Part shown: in pieces, positions 15,951 through 23,939 of the stretch
How positions within the stretch are numbered: the stretch's first letter is position 1
Layout: every line of letters starts with the position of its first letter
DNA from: Eubacteriales bacterium
GTDB taxonomy: Bacteria > Bacillota > Clostridia > Oscillospirales > CAG-382
Assembly: GCA_045651785.1 (NCBI GenBank)
Contig: JAZRTE010000102.1
Location: 1-55,641 of the forward strand
Direction: 5' to 3'
Length of the DNA stretch: 55,641 bases
Notes under the pieces: generated by a model
The model's database searches: none
Seen by the model: the letters and a program-made list of their open reading frames with translations, nothing else
Told to the model about the DNA's origin: nothing
Translations under genes and position numbers: made by a program

Positions 15951-17335
15951 ATTCTTACCTCGGTCATACCAAGCATCCTTTTACGCTTGCGCAAAATAAT
16001 GACGAAGCAGGTAAAGTGCGCCGCAGTCGTTATAAGCCAAGTCGCAGGATAGGAGATATAAAGTATTTCGATCTGATGAAGCTGTGCAAATACGGTATAG
16101 ATCCAGATAACGCGCAAAAGGCAGGAGCCGACGAGCGAAACGATCGCCGAAACGAGCGAAGCGCCCAAGCCGCGCAGCATACCCGACATTACCTCCATCA
16201 TACCGCAAAGGCAATAGGGCGCGCCGACGATAAGCAATCTTGTCATACCGACACGCATCGTTTCGCTTGTTTCAACGGTGCCCTCGACACCGAAAAGCGA
16301 AAGAAGCTGAGGTCCGAAAATATAGCAGGCACCGCCGAGTATCACGCCGAGCACGAAAACCATTCCCAAGCATTCGGCGCATATCTTTTTTATGCGGTCA
16401 AAACGCAAAGCGCCTGCATTCTGTCCTGCGAACGCAAGGGCGGCGTGATAAAGCGAGTTCATCGCGATGTAAATAAGTCCGTCGATGTTTGCCGCCGCGG
16501 TATTTGCCGCCATCGTTGCGGGGCCAAAGCTGTTTATCGACGATTGGATAAGCACGTTCGAAACCGAGAAAAGACAGCCCTGCACACCTGCGGGCACACC
16601 GATTTTGATTATCTTTATCAGCTTATCGCGACGGATATAGAGATGCTTTATATCGAGCTTGCAATAATCGTCAAGCTTGGTAAGATACCGCAAAACGAGG
16701 AAAGCCGAAAGGTATTGCGAAATAATCGTTGCAAGAGCAACACCCAAAACATCGAGATGAAAGACGGTAACGAAAATAAGGTTAAGACCGACGTTCAAGG
16801 CGCCCGAAACCAAAAGAAAGAAAAACGGCCGTTGCGTATCGCCGCGCGCGTTGATTATCGCCGCACCGTAGTTATAAGCCATCTGTGCAGGCATTCCGAG
16901 GAATATCGTGCGCATATAGAGCGTCGATTGACCGATAACGGTTTCAGGTACGCCCATAAGACCGAGCAGAGGCTCGGCGGCGAAAAATCCGAATATCGAA
17001 ATGATGATACCGAGAATACCCGAAAGAGATATCGAGGTATGAACGATATCCTTTGCCTGCTCATCCCTGCCCGAGCCGAACGCGTGAGAGATAGAAACGT
17101 TCGCACCTACCGCAAGACCGATGAAAAGTCCGGTAATAAGCGCGGATATCGAGCCTGTCGAGCCGACAGCCGCCAAAGCGGTTTCACCGTCCTGCGCAAA
17201 GCGTCCGACGATAACGGTATCCGCCGAATTGTAAAGGAACTGCAAAACGCCCGTGCCCAAAACGGGAAGCGCATATTTAACTATATTTTTGAATATCGGC
17301 CCCTCGGTCATATTCATTCTTGCATTAGTCGCCAT
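15947..17335 (-). CDS. MATE family efflux transporter
   Basis: 12-TM protein with the typical N-terminus GPIFKNIVKYALPVLGTGVLQFLYNSADTVIVGRF. Start set at ATG 17335 (MATNAR), which follows GGAG at 8 nt. Confidence 0.9.
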   Translation of the reverse strand: MATNARMNMTEGPIFKNIVKYALPVLGTGVLQFLYNSADTVIVGRFAQDGETALAAVGSTGSISALITGLFIGLAVGANVSISHAFGSGRDEQAKDIVHTSISLSGILGIIISIFGFFAAEPLLGLMGVPETVIGQSTLYMRTIFLGMPAQMAYNYGAAIINARGDTQRPFFFLLVSGALNVGLNLIFVTVFHLDVLGVALATIISQYLSAFLVLRYLTKLDDYCKLDIKHLYIRRDKLIKIIKIGVPAGVQGCLFSVSNVLIQSSINSFGPATMAANTAAANIDGLIYIAMNSLYHAALAFAGQNAGALRFDRIKKICAECLGMVFVLGVILGGACYIFGPQLLSLFGVEGTVETSETMRVGMTRLLIVGAPYCLCGMMEVMSGMLRGLGASLVSAIVSLVGSCLLRVIWIYTVFAQLHQIEILYISYPATWLITTAAHFTCFVIILRKRKRMLGMTEVRI

Positions 17336-17366
17336 AATATTGCTCCGAATCGCAAAATTCAACTAA

Positions 17367-17394
17367 ATTATATTCCTTTTGACCTTAAAGTCAA
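17367..17394 (-). promoter_or_regulatory. Promoter TTGACT-16-TATAAT with a 16-bp near-palindrome over the -35
   Basis: Minus strand reads cccTTGACTttaaggtcaaaaggaaTATAAT. The dyad TTGAC-N6-GTCAA lies at 17379-17394. Confidence 0.6.
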
Positions 17395-17529
17395 GGGAAT
17401 TCGGCAGATATTAAAATTTCTCCGAAACCGCCAAAAAAACTTTGTCCGAAAAAGCACTTTTTGAGTTACTTAATATATGAAAACCAATGACGTCTTGGGT
17501 TTTAAAAATAATCAGGAGGATATCAAACA

Positions 17530-18183
17530 ATGAAACTCAAAGCACTTATCGCATTGATATGCATCGTTGCTATGGCGCTTACCTGCTCGGCTTTTGCTCT
17601 TGCAGAATCGGATGCCGAAGCTATCGCTGACGCTCCCGTTGTCGAAGCTCCCGCAGTCGAAGCAATCGAAGCACCCGCAGTCGAAGAAGATGCCGTTGAA
17701 GAAACCGTTATCGAGCGTTCCGAGAAATACAGTAACGAATTCAACGTATTAACGCTCGACTACGTAAACGATTCCGATTGCTATTACAAATCGGTAAAGG
17801 ACGCGGTAGCCGATTACGGAACCGACCTTTACTATCCTGCTTACGAGGGTTATGAAAACGCGCTCCAAGCGCACATAATCTATTCGGCAAGAGGCGAATT
17901 GGGTGAAGGCCCCAAGGTTCTTCAGATCGAATATGCGCGCGAGGATCTCGAGATCTGCTGGATCAAGATCGGCGTGACCGCAATAGAAAGCTATGATCTT
18001 AACACAGCGATCTATGAAAGCAACGGTGCAGTATTTTACTTCGGTGAATACCGCGAAGAAGGCCCCAACGGCTACGGCGGACACATCGTCGAAGGCATTC
18101 TTGACGGAAACTGCTATCAGTTCTTTGTAAAAACCGTTGAAGAAGGCAAGCTTATTGTTGACAGCTTGACAAAAGCGGAATAA
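17530..18183 (+). CDS. Secreted protein: signal peptide + Ala/Pro/Val/Glu linker + ~150-aa domain (DUF4367-like), paralog of the C-terminus of the 18789 gene
   Basis: Signal peptide MKLKALIALICIVAMALTCSAFA and strong AGGAGG RBS. The C-terminal domain aligns by eye at roughly 70% identity with residues ~98-248 of the anti-sigma-like protein. Confidence 0.85.
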   Translation: MKLKALIALICIVAMALTCSAFALAESDAEAIADAPVVEAPAVEAIEAPAVEEDAVEETVIERSEKYSNEFNVLTLDYVNDSDCYYKSVKDAVADYGTDLYYPAYEGYENALQAHIIYSARGELGEGPKVLQIEYAREDLEICWIKIGVTAIESYDLNTAIYESNGAVFYFGEYREEGPNGYGGHIVEGILDGNCYQFFVKTVEEGKLIVDSLTKAE

Positions 18184-18207
18184 TATTTAACCGTATCCGC
18201 TCCGAAC
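17726..18207 (+). repeat. Segmental duplication, copy A (domain-coding part plus start of the 3' hairpin)
   Basis: Colinear with 19087-19558. Identical runs include GCGGTAGCCGATTACGGAACCGACCT (17803-17828 = 19164-19189) and CTCCAAGCGCACATAATCTAT. The shared CTCCGAAC lies 16-17 nt after each stop codon. Confidence 0.85.
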
Positions 18208-18258
18208 TCTCGTTTTTTCGGGGCGGATACCAACAAAATGCTTCGACAGAGGGATATA

Positions 18259-18783
18259 ATGCTTGAAAACGTATTTCTTAACACGGCGTGCGATAATGCG
18301 TTGCGGTCTATCGCCGCAGGTGACAAGGGTGCGCTCGCCGTAATATACGACAAAATGCACAGGCAGATATATTCGGCGGCTTGGGCTGTGCTCAACAACC
18401 GCCATGATGCTGAAGACGCATTGCAAAATACCCTTTGTGAAATACTCGTCTCTGCCGCCGCTTATGAAGGTCCGAATGCCAAAGCCTGGATAATATCTAT
18501 AGCGCGCAATCAAGCCCTAAACCTTTTAAGGAAACGCAAAAGCGAAGCCTTTTCACCGTCCGAAGACGAAAAAGCGTCGGATTTTAACGTGGAATCGGAA
18601 TTTATCTATCTTGACGCGCTTTCATCGCTCGGAGAAAAAGAACGAGAAGCCGTGATACTTAAAATCTACTGCAAAATGAAGCATAAAGAGATAGCCGAGC
18701 TTTTGGGAATAACCCCGTCTGCATCCGAAAAGCTCTATCAAAGAGGTCTTTTAAAGCTTCGGAAATATTACAAAGGAGGATAG
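18259..18783 (+). CDS. RNA polymerase sigma factor, ECF (sigma-70 group 4) family
   Basis: Region 2 (DAEDALQNTL..., AWIISIARNQALNLLRKRK) and region 4 HTH (REAVILKIYCKMKHKEIAELLGITPSASEKLYQRGLLKLR). ATG 18259 is preceded by GAGGGA. Confidence 0.9.
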   Translation: MLENVFLNTACDNALRSIAAGDKGALAVIYDKMHRQIYSAAWAVLNNRHDAEDALQNTLCEILVSAAAYEGPNAKAWIISIARNQALNLLRKRKSEAFSPSEDEKASDFNVESEFIYLDALSSLGEKEREAVILKIYCKMKHKEIAELLGITPSASEKLYQRGLLKLRKYYKGG

Positions 18784-18788
18784 CCCTT

Positions 18789-19535
18789 ATGAGAAAGATC
18801 AAAAAAGGAATCGTTAAGGATTTCAATAACGTTACTCACAGACCAAAGCGGGAAATGCTTTCCGCCGCAGGGGCACCCCTTAACCGAAAGCCTCACATCC
18901 GACATTTTTCCCCGACAAAGCTTATCCCGATAGCACTCGCCGCTGCGATATTGCTTTCCTTCGGAGCGATTCTCACGCTTGCGGAAAACGGAAATGCGCT
19001 GATTGACGAAATATTCGTAAAGATACAAAACATCTTCCCTGCCGATGACTCGCAAAGCGCTCCGCCGCACATCGACCGCAGAACCAAACACAGCAACGAA
19101 TTTAACGTTTTGATGTTAGACTATACGGGCAATTGCCAATACTATTACCGTTCGGTCAAGGATGCGGTAGCCGATTACGGAACCGACCTCTACTATCCTG
19201 CCTACGAGGGCTATGAAAACGCACTCCAAGCGCACATAATCTATATGTCGAAGGGCGGCAGCCCCGTATTTCAGATCGAATATGCGCGCGAAAATCTCGA
19301 GATCTGCTGGATCGAGGTCGGCGCGACGAATGCCTGCGAAAGCACAGATCCGCAAGCGCAAAAATACGAAAGCCACGGAACTGTATTTTATATCAGTCCA
19401 TACCGTGAAGAAGGTCCCAACGGCTACGGCGGACATATCGTTGAAGGCGTTCTTGACGGAAGCTGTTATAAGTTTTTTGTAAAAACCGTTGAAGAAGGAA
19501 AATCGATCGCTGACAGCCTGACCAAGGCAGAATAA
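18789..19535 (+). CDS. Single-pass membrane protein in the anti-sigma position: ~43-aa basic cytoplasmic tail + TM + extracytoplasmic DUF4367-like domain
   Basis: Starts 6 nt after the sigma gene, with an AGGAGG RBS. TM segment LIPIALAAAILLSFGAILTLA. The C-terminal domain is paralogous to the 17530 product. Confidence 0.8.
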   Translation: MRKIKKGIVKDFNNVTHRPKREMLSAAGAPLNRKPHIRHFSPTKLIPIALAAAILLSFGAILTLAENGNALIDEIFVKIQNIFPADDSQSAPPHIDRRTKHSNEFNVLMLDYTGNCQYYYRSVKDAVADYGTDLYYPAYEGYENALQAHIIYMSKGGSPVFQIEYARENLEICWIEVGATNACESTDPQAQKYESHGTVFYISPYREEGPNGYGGHIVEGVLDGSCYKFFVKTVEEGKSIADSLTKAE

Positions 19536-19558
19536 TTCTTCAAAAAAACTCTCCGAAC
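19087..19558 (+). repeat. Segmental duplication, copy B
   Basis: See copy A (17726-18207). Confidence 0.85.
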
Positions 19559-19587
19559 GAAAATCGGGAGTTTTTTGTCTTTTTTTA
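19542..19587 (+). terminator. Rho-independent terminator
   Basis: ACTCTCCGA-acgaaaa-TCGGGAGT, followed by TTTTTTGTCTTTTTTT. Confidence 0.75.
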
Positions 19588-19671
19588 TAACAAATTCATT
19601 ACAAATGTGTTTTAAAATACCCTTATAATGTGGTATACTAAACGCGCAAAGCGTAAAAAGGCGGTGAAAAA

Positions 19672-20319
19672 ATGGCAAGAATACTTATTGTGGAGGACGA
19701 ACGTCCGATACGCAACCTGATACAGCGGAATTTGGAACTTATCGGTCATACCTGCGTCGGAGTGGGCGACGGCGTTGACGCGCTCGAGATAATGGAAAGC
19801 GAGCGGTTCGACCTGCTCATTTTCGATATTATGCTCCCCGGCGTTTCGGGTTATGAGCTTATCGGTCGGGCAGACGGAACGCCGACGATATTCGTTACCG
19901 CAAAGGAGGGCATCAACGATCGGTTAAAGGGTCTTTCGCTCGGCGCGGACGATTATATCGTCAAGCCCTTTGAGATACAGGAGCTTATTCTCCGTGTACG
20001 GGCGGTTTTGAGAAGAACCAAAAAGGACGACAAAAGGTTGGAGTTTGACGATATCGTTATCGATTTTTCGGCAAAAAAGGTTTTCAAGAACCGACTCGAG
20101 GCTGTGCTCACGCCCAAGGAATATTCGCTTCTCGAAACGCTTGTGCTCAACCGCAACATAGCGCTCTCGCGCGAGAAGCTTATAAATCTCGTTTGGGGCT
20201 TTGATTACGAGGGTGACACGCGCACCGTCGACGTGCACATCCGTCAGCTCCGCGCTAAGCTCGGACTCACAAACCGACTCAAGACACTTTACAAGACCGG
20301 ATACAGGTTCGAGCTATGA
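19672..20319 (+). CDS. OmpR-family response regulator
   Basis: Receiver domain (ILIVEDE, LLIFDIMLPG, ADDYIVKPF) and winged-helix C-terminus (LTPKEYSLLETL...VDVHIRQLRAKL...GYRF). Confidence 0.95.
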   Translation: MARILIVEDERPIRNLIQRNLELIGHTCVGVGDGVDALEIMESERFDLLIFDIMLPGVSGYELIGRADGTPTIFVTAKEGINDRLKGLSLGADDYIVKPFEIQELILRVRAVLRRTKKDDKRLEFDDIVIDFSAKKVFKNRLEAVLTPKEYSLLETLVLNRNIALSREKLINLVWGFDYEGDTRTVDVHIRQLRAKLGLTNRLKTLYKTGYRFEL

Positions 20320-21674
20320 GATTCAAGGATAAAACCTATATAATCACGTTGGTGCTGTTCCTGATCTTCCTTAACGCGGGAATATTCTCACTTGCCTATT
20401 ACACCAACCAAAAAAGCGTCACCGCGGCATACGGGCTTTGCCATTCCGAAAAGGGAGTCATCGTCGAGGCGTTCGAGGACGATATCACCTACCTCGGGCC
20501 GAGCGGCAGACGACAGATAATGTATTCCTACGGGGAACATTACGTTCAGAAGAATATCGGTGTTTGCTTCGTTTCGCGCGACGGTGAAACGGTATACACG
20601 AGCTTTCCCAAGGGGCTTTACTGTCCGCCCGCGGGGCAAAGCTCGACACAGCGATATGACGGCAGACGCATTTACCTTATTTCCGAAACGGTCGCTAACG
20701 GGCAGTATACCTTTACCTACGCAAAGGATCTGACCCATCTTGACGAGGATTTCAAAAGCATTTCGATCGTTTTTGTACTGACCTCGCTGGGTGCCTCTGC
20801 ACTGCTGGCAATCGTTTTGTTTTTTGTGCTTCACAAGCTGTCCGGCCCGCTTATGAAATTGCGCGAGGCGACCGACGCAATATCGAACGGCAATTTTGAA
20901 ATACGCGCAGACGATTCGGGCAAGGACGAATTTTCGCTTCTTGCGGCGGATTTCAACCGCATGGCGGAGCATATAAGCGCGCAAATGCACGAGCTTGAGG
21001 ACAACGCAAAAACAAAGCAACAGATGCTTGACAACTTAGCCCACGAAATGCGGACTCCGCTTACCTCGATACGCGGATATGCCGAATATCTGCTTAATGC
21101 CAATATAGACGAAAATGAAAAGATCGAAGCGACCGAATTTATAATCACCGAATCCGAGCGCTTAAAGGCAATCGGCGAAAAGCTTTTAGACGATGCCTTT
21201 ATCCGTGAAAACGGAATAAAATGCGAAAATTCAAATCTTGGCGGTATTGTTGCCGACACGGCGAAGAAGCTTACGTTTTTTGCAAATAACAGCGGTGTGC
21301 AGATTGCCGTTAACGCACAAAACACCGAATGCTTTTGCGACCCTCTGCTTGTCGGTATGCTCCTGACCAACCTCGCCAACAACGCGATCAAGGCATGCAA
21401 GGGCAACGGAAGGGTCGTTCTTTCCTGCGGGCTCGAAAACGGTCAGCCCTTCGTTTCGGTCAGCGACAACGGTGTCGGTATGACCAAAGAGCAGATAACG
21501 CACATTACCGAGCCGTTTTACCGCACCGACAAATCGCGTGCGCGCAACGACGGAGGAACCGGACTCGGGCTCGCTCTTTGCGAGCGCATCGTAAAGGCGC
21601 ACGGAGCCTGTCTTTCTTTTGGATCGGAGCTTGGAAAAGGAACTGTCGCAAAAGTAACTTTTACAAATCCATAA
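20316..21674 (+). CDS. Sensor histidine kinase (2 TM, HAMP, HisKA, HATPase_c)
   Basis: H-box LAHEMRTPLTSIRGYAEYL, N-box LTNLANNAIKA, G-boxes DNGVGM and GGTGLGLAL. ATGA overlap with the response regulator. Confidence 0.95.
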   Translation: MRFKDKTYIITLVLFLIFLNAGIFSLAYYTNQKSVTAAYGLCHSEKGVIVEAFEDDITYLGPSGRRQIMYSYGEHYVQKNIGVCFVSRDGETVYTSFPKGLYCPPAGQSSTQRYDGRRIYLISETVANGQYTFTYAKDLTHLDEDFKSISIVFVLTSLGASALLAIVLFFVLHKLSGPLMKLREATDAISNGNFEIRADDSGKDEFSLLAADFNRMAEHISAQMHELEDNAKTKQQMLDNLAHEMRTPLTSIRGYAEYLLNANIDENEKIEATEFIITESERLKAIGEKLLDDAFIRENGIKCENSNLGGIVADTAKKLTFFANNSGVQIAVNAQNTECFCDPLLVGMLLTNLANNAIKACKGNGRVVLSCGLENGQPFVSVSDNGVGMTKEQITHITEPFYRTDKSRARNDGGTGLGLALCERIVKAHGACLSFGSELGKGTVAKVTFTNP

Positions 21675-21740
21675 CAAAACGAGAACCTTTTTAAAATATT
21701 CCTGCTTTACCATAGCGGTACAGAAAGGAGGAGTGTTTAA

Positions 21741-22664
21741 ATGAAAAGCAAAACACTCGCAATTATCACAGCGACCCTTATCACCGTTGCGGCATTGATC
21801 CTTACCGCAAGCCTTTCGCTTCTTAACGGTGCGGCTATCGATATCAGCGACGCGCTCGTTTCGGCGGCAGAATCCGTATCCGATAACGGAATTGCAGACG
21901 ATGACGTCGAAATTGAAGTCAACATTGAAGACACCAACGACGTTGAGATTGACAACGACGTTGATGAAGAAATCTACGTTGAAACCGAAGAAGCTCCCGT
22001 TGAAAATGAAACCGTTGAAAACGAAACTCCCGTTGCCGACACCCGTTTGCCCGCTCTTGACACCCTTGAGGTTGTTAAGGAGGTAGACGAAAACGGCGGT
22101 TACGTTTGGGAATACGTTTTGTGGAAGGATATCGTTATCGACGTATTCGAGCATTCCACCGGCAAGCTTGTCGGTCAGGTTTGGATCGACGAAGATGAGA
22201 TCTATTCCGAATTCTGCAAGATATTTAACGAGGATTTCGATTACACCGCAGAGCTCTTTGACCCCAACGATCCCGAAGACGTTCCCGTTTTCCTTCCCGA
22301 AGCGAAATACCGCGTTGAATTCCACTGGGTCGAACGTCTTACCGCAAATGCTTCCGGTTCAGTCGGCGCGATCGCATTTTCTTACGGCGTTGAAAATAAC
22401 GAGATCTTTGAATTCGTTCAGACCGGTTACCCTCTCGGTAACGGCGAGACCGTGATCGCTTATATGGAAGCTCTCGTTGCTGAAAAGATCGCTCAGCTTG
22501 AAAGCGGCATCAATGACAGCCTCAATGCAGACGATTCCTTTGCAACCGTTATCGGTATGGACGGCGAAGACGGCTATTGGGACGGTTGGACCGATCCCTA
22601 CACCGGCGAGCGTTATCCCGGCGTTGACCGCTACACCGAAAGATTCCCTTATATCCAAGAATAA
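21741..22664 (+). CDS. Secreted/anchored highly acidic hypothetical protein
   Basis: N-terminal hydrophobic segment LAIITATLITVAALILTASL and an Asp/Glu/Val/Asn-rich low-complexity linker. AGGAGG RBS. No family recognised. Confidence 0.7.
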   Translation: MKSKTLAIITATLITVAALILTASLSLLNGAAIDISDALVSAAESVSDNGIADDDVEIEVNIEDTNDVEIDNDVDEEIYVETEEAPVENETVENETPVADTRLPALDTLEVVKEVDENGGYVWEYVLWKDIVIDVFEHSTGKLVGQVWIDEDEIYSEFCKIFNEDFDYTAELFDPNDPEDVPVFLPEAKYRVEFHWVERLTANASGSVGAIAFSYGVENNEIFEFVQTGYPLGNGETVIAYMEALVAEKIAQLESGINDSLNADDSFATVIGMDGEDGYWDGWTDPYTGERYPGVDRYTERFPYIQE

Positions 22665-22702
22665 AAATATCGCAAAACGTTGCTTTCACTCCTTATTAAC
22701 GC

Positions 22703-22736
22703 AAAACTGCCGAGAATTCTCGGCAGTTTTGTTTTT
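22703..22736. terminator. Bidirectional terminator
   Basis: Perfect stem AAAACTGCCGAG-aatt-CTCGGCAGTTTT, followed by GTTTTT. Confidence 0.8.
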
Positions 22737-22745
22737 ATGTTGTTT

Positions 22746-23903
22746 TTACGGCTTTTTAATATCGTTCTTCACGCTGTCATAAATAAACTGCGCAAAGGGC
22801 TTATAGGTTGCGTTCTTCGGATGAAGGCCGTCGACGAAGATATTCTTGTTTTCAAGCGACCACGAATAGAGATCGACGGTCATAAGCCTTCTTTCCTCGG
22901 CGATCCTTTTAAGGTGCGGAATTACGTACTTGTTAAGGTTTGCGTTCCACGCCTCGGCGCTCCATTCATCGTTGCCAACCTTAAAGAGTGAGGTCGGGAG
23001 AAGCATAATTATCTGAACGTCATTATTTTCGGCAATAAAGGCATCCAAAAGCTCATTTGTGCTTTGGTCAAACCTGTTTGCTCTGTCGTTTGCTTCATTT
23101 TCCCAATTTTTATAGGGTTGCGTATCGGTCGGATTTGCATCGTTCGTGCCGAGCGCAAAAAGAACGACGTCGGGCTTAAAGCTCTTTGCCTGACGGAATT
23201 CATTCGACTTTTTGTATGCATATTGATCGGTGCTTACTATCGAATAGCCCGAAATACCTGCATTGAACACATGATAATCGAGCCCAAGCATTTCCTGCAG
23301 ATAATTGGGATAATTTTGCTGATTATTTGTCGAGGTTGCGCCGTAGGTGATGCTGTCGCCGACGCAGGCAACCTTAACGACCTTCTTTTCGCCTTCGAAT
23401 TTCATATCGCTTACCTTTTCCGAATCGGATATTTTTTTCAAAAATTCCTCGCTTGCGCCAAGGGCACCGTTTGCATAGGTTGCCGAAAAAAGAACCTTGG
23501 TTCCTCTGACCTCAACGTCATATTCGCCGATTTCGTATTTTTTATTATTATCCTTGCATATCTCACGGCTTTGAGAAATACCGAAAATAATTTCGTTTCC
23601 CGTTTCGGCAGCCGCATCGCTCGCGCATTTAAGCGTAACCCCGTAAATCTCCTTGACCCGTTTAACAAAGTCCTGTGCCGCGGTTTTGAATTTTACGGTA
23701 TCGCCGATGTTGTTTTTGTAAACGACGGTAAATTCGGAAAGCCTTACCCCGTTAATTATCGGCTCGGGCTTGTAGGCAGGCGCCGAGGTTTCGTCGGCAG
23801 AGCTTGAATCGGAAGACGCTTCGGCAGATTCTTCATCGCTGCATGCGGCAAAGCAGAATAAGAAAGCAAACGCGAGAAAGAGACACAAAAATCTTTTGAC
23901 CAT
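22746..23903 (-). CDS. SGNH/GDSL-type hydrolase lipoprotein (carbohydrate esterase-like)
   Basis: Lipobox FCFAAC. Block I VACVGDSITYG, block III ALGTNDA, block V DGLHP. Confidence 0.85.
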   Translation of the reverse strand: MVKRFLCLFLAFAFLFCFAACSDEESAEASSDSSSADETSAPAYKPEPIINGVRLSEFTVVYKNNIGDTVKFKTAAQDFVKRVKEIYGVTLKCASDAAAETGNEIIFGISQSREICKDNNKKYEIGEYDVEVRGTKVLFSATYANGALGASEEFLKKISDSEKVSDMKFEGEKKVVKVACVGDSITYGATSTNNQQNYPNYLQEMLGLDYHVFNAGISGYSIVSTDQYAYKKSNEFRQAKSFKPDVVLFALGTNDANPTDTQPYKNWENEANDRANRFDQSTNELLDAFIAENNDVQIIMLLPTSLFKVGNDEWSAEAWNANLNKYVIPHLKRIAEERRLMTVDLYSWSLENKNIFVDGLHPKNATYKPFAQFIYDSVKNDIKKP

Positions 23904-23939
23904 TTTAGCACTCCTCGCTTTCTTAATTTTTATTTACGG

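Noticed and set aside
15896-17464. 522-aa plus-strand ORF antisense to the MATE gene. The same reasoning covers other long antisense ORFs: 7926-8882, 10805-11533, 20388-21020, 21231-22325, 24024-24920, 31955-32665, 36579-37484, 39050-39784, 39517-40215, 43368-44288, 51742-52830, 53127-54089.
   Set aside because: All lie fully inside genes with clear family motifs on the other strand. All have Arg/His/Cys/Lys-rich or low-complexity composition and lack RBSs. They look like shadow ORFs typical of this codon usage.
17478-17500. ECF-type promoter (GAAAAC ... CGTCT) upstream of the secreted paralog gene
   Set aside because: The two elements are only about 6 nt apart, whereas ECF promoters need roughly 16-17 nt. 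No shared motif was seen upstream of the sigma gene either.
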